Assembly (NCBI GenBank): GCA_013265495.1
Contig: MU058198.1
Coordinates: 5,595,779 to 5,659,778, forward strand
Reading direction: 5' to 3'
DNA length: 64,000 bases
From: Vicugna vicugna
Lineage: Eukaryota
Shown: positions 61,340-64,000 of the stretch, piece by piece
How positions within the stretch are numbered: position 1 is the first letter of the stretch
Layout of the letters: the number at the start of each line of letters is the position of its first letter
Notes under the pieces: model-generated
Told to the model about the DNA's origin: nothing
Databases searched by the model: none
What the model saw: only the letters and a program-made list of their open reading frames with translations
Position numbers and translations under genes: made by a program

Positions 61340-61540
61340 TGTGCCCTGTTCTGAGCTCTCTCTGCAGTTACTCATTGAACTGTCCTAAGAACTCTGTCAG
61401 GTAGGTCCTGTTGTCATCCCATCTTACAGATGAGGAAACTGAGGCACAAAGTAACCAAGGAACTTGCTCACCCCACCTGGTAAGTGGTGGAACTGGGATT
61501 TGAACCCAGGCCCAGATTTGAACCTCTCTGCCTTGGAGCT
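61340..61540 (-). mobile_element. MIR SINE
   Basis: CCCATCTTACAGATGAGGAAACTGAGGCACA...GGGATTTGAACCCAGG. Confidence 0.92.
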
Positions 61541-62394
61541 GGACCCTCATACAGGTATCAACTCTCACCTGCATACAGTATCTATTTTCACGAGTCCCTT
61601 CTTGTAATAACGCAGTTTTCGAGTATTGGGGGGCTCGTCATGTGCTGGGCTGCTCAGTTCTCTGAGTGCATTGTTTCACCTAATCTTCCCCACAATCCGG
61701 GATACTGGGATTCCCTTCCTTAGTAGTGATAAAATAAGAGGACCAGTGGGATGAAGTAAGGGATAAAGCTGAAATCGAGCCCTGGGACTTTAACATCCAG
61801 GCAGTTACCACCAGAGCCCCCTGCGACCAGGTGGATTGCCAAGGATTAATATAAACCCCTCAGCCTGGCAGATGTGTAGAGCCATCAGCCTCCCGCCCAA
61901 CACCAGGGCCCGCTTTGCCCTTCAGCAGTGGTCCAGGGGAGGGGGAGGCAGCGTCAATAATGTATGACATCCAAGAGATAAAGCGCATCCGTAAACGCTG
62001 CTGGCAGAAGCTCATCAATGGTGCATGGGAGTTTTATGTTTCCCAGCTCAGATGAAGGCGATTCCTGCCTTGCCTTGGGCCAGCATAAAGATGTGACCAG
62101 CTAAGGTTACATTTCTCTCCAGAGAGAGCCCCCGCCCCAGCTGATGGGGCTGGGAACAGGCAAGCAGCATCCTCACCATTTCCTCCTGCCACCCAAGCTC
62201 AGCCAAGCCCAGCTCTGTCTCATATCAGTTTCCCATTCCAGGTCCTACACCCCCATCCCCAGTGATTTAAATCTCTGCTGATGGAAGCTTCAGCCCCTCG
62301 GATGGAGCCCTGTGGCTCTGGATTTGAGGGTCGCTGAAGGGTTAGGATTACAGTCTCTGGACTTACAGAATGAGAATCCTAACCCAGACCTACC

Positions 62395-62520
62395 ATTATT
62401 CATTCACTTATTCATTCATTCATTCATTCATTCACCGAAAACACATTGAGCACAGACTTGGTGCCAGACCCTGCTCTAGGCACTGGCGATGAGTGGTAAC
62501 CAAGGTAAAGATCTTCTCAT
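62395..62520 (-). mobile_element. L2 3' end with (TTCA)n
   Basis: TTCATTCATTCATTCA...CATTGAGCAC...GTGCCAGACCCTGCTCTAGGCACTGG. Confidence 0.88.
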
Positions 62521-63259
62521 AGAGATCATTCCAGAGGTGGGGGCTACACAGCACGAGGATCTTCATGATAACTTCTAGAAGCAGACATTTCGGGGCAGAG
62601 ATGGGGTGTTCCTGTTTAAGGTCACACAGGTTATGAATCACAGAGCTGGTCTCAAAACCAAGTTTGCCCTCTAAACTCTTCACCTTTTAAAGCTTACTGA
62701 CTTGAATCCACTGTCGTGGATGAGAGCCAAGCCTGGAAATCAGAAAATGCTTTAAACATAAATCTCAGGAGGGAGTTATATGTGAAGGGAAAACCTGAAC
62801 TTAGCACAAGTCCTGGCACATAGCAGGTGCTCAAAAAAATATGTACAGAAGGAAGGGTGGCAGGGAGGCAGGGAGAGAGGAGGGAGGAGGCTTAATTTCA
62901 GAGGTGATCATGTTTCCCCACTGAAAGAGACAGTGAAGCTGACAGTTTTATTGTTCAATTGTTTCGTATGGATTTTGAATAAAAAATAAATTGGCTTCTT
63001 TTAAAGAGGACAATCCTGAAAGCCTAGGAGACCAGTGGTGAATCATGCTGACTGCCCTTGGCTTCCTTCCTCATAGCGGGAACTCCCTGTTTGCATCTGG
63101 GAAGACTTAGAGCTCCGGGTGGGGGTGGGAGTGGCCTCCCGGCTCCCCTCCTAGGGTGCCGGGAAGGAAAGCTCCATGCCGAAGGACCGTCTCCGCCCAC
63201 TCTCCTTGTTCACCATTTGCAAATAACTGCACTGAATGCGGGACCCCAGTTGAGTGCAA

Positions 63260-63480
63260 GGCCCCTCTACTTGTATGATCTGCTTGAGCCCTGGTACCCA
63301 CTGCCTCTGCTCACTCTAGAATCTTGGGCAGGTCTCTTCCTGTCATCTGTAAAATGGGCATAAGAAAACCTCCCTCCCAGGACTGCTGTGAAAAGTAGAT
63401 GAGACACATTACATGGAGTGTGGAAACACAGAATTTGCCTTATAATGGGTATGGTCACTAATATATGATGTCAGCAGGGA
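63260..63480 (+). mobile_element. MIR SINE
   Basis: CTTGGGCAGG...TCATCTGTAAAATGGGCATAA...GGACTGCTGTGA. Confidence 0.8.
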
Positions 63481-63714
63481 TTAACTGGTTCTCAAAGGTA
63501 TGAAGGCTACCATCTTTCATCAAGAAGAGAGTGAGAAGGAATAAGTAAAGGAGGGGAATTTAGGGCATACCCAAGGAGACTTACTCAACTTGAAAATGGA
63601 CGGAGGGAAGTCTTTAACATAAAGGTTAATTTGTAATTTTTTTTTAGGTTGGGAGGTCAAAAGTAACCCCCAAGAGAGGGCAGAGGACAGAAGGAGAAAC
63701 CCAGAAGTCAGCCA

Positions 63715-64000
63715 GGATTCTTTCAGTTATACTTGAAAAAAACCAACTTGAAGTGGTTTAATTGATTAAGGGGATTGTATTCAACTGAGGTAATTTTAAG
63801 TCTGGCTGGCTGTATCCAGATACCAAAGGATGGTGTCAAGAGCCTGTGTCTGTCTCTGTGTTGCCTTCGCCGTCAGGCAACATCTCCTCGCTAAATGCGC
63901 CCTGGCAGCATCTCCATGCTTTCCTTCTCCCTGCTCAGCAACCCCGATGGAAAGAGAACCTCTCTTCCAATAGGTCCTGCAAGTCCCAGCACTGGCTTCC
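63715..64000 (-). mobile_element. MLT1-type LTR fragment (runs off window)
   Basis: TTTCAGTTATACTTGAAAAAAACCAACT...GGCTGTATCCAG...GATGGTGTCAAG. Confidence 0.55.

Noticed and set aside
1..64000. Naming a host gene, or claiming a novel multi-gene system
   Set aside because: No exon, promoter-scale CpG island or diagnostic sequence was recognised; locus assignment needs a genome alignment.

Overview
Mammalian non-coding genomic DNA, intronic or intergenic, with one 127-N assembly gap (57-183). It is most likely a camelid: the young SINEs are tRNA-derived Vic-1/VicSINE-type elements, the young L1 3' ends are cetartiodactyl-type, and I saw no Alu, Bov-A/BovB, PRE or CanSINE. I find no credible protein-coding exon, RNA gene, CRISPR array or prokaryote-type system; the listed ORFs lie in repeats or low-complexity DNA or resemble no protein I recognise. 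The first ~11.3 kb is an AT-rich pile of nested L1 fragments. The rest is GC-richer, full of MIR, L2, MLT1, LTR16/33 and MER5 relics, with several repeat-free, motif-dense islands that look like distal enhancers. Most notable: an exact 365-bp tandem duplication, a complete MER41-like ERV1 solo LTR with decayed STAT-type GAS sites, a SINE doublet sharing one target-site duplication (TSD), two twin-primed L1 inversions, four very short L1 tail insertions, an old local L2 duplication, and a locally recurrent hAT-like repeat. Repeat family names come from recalled consensus similarity, not a database search, and boundaries of old elements are approximate. I see no evidence of a novel biological system.
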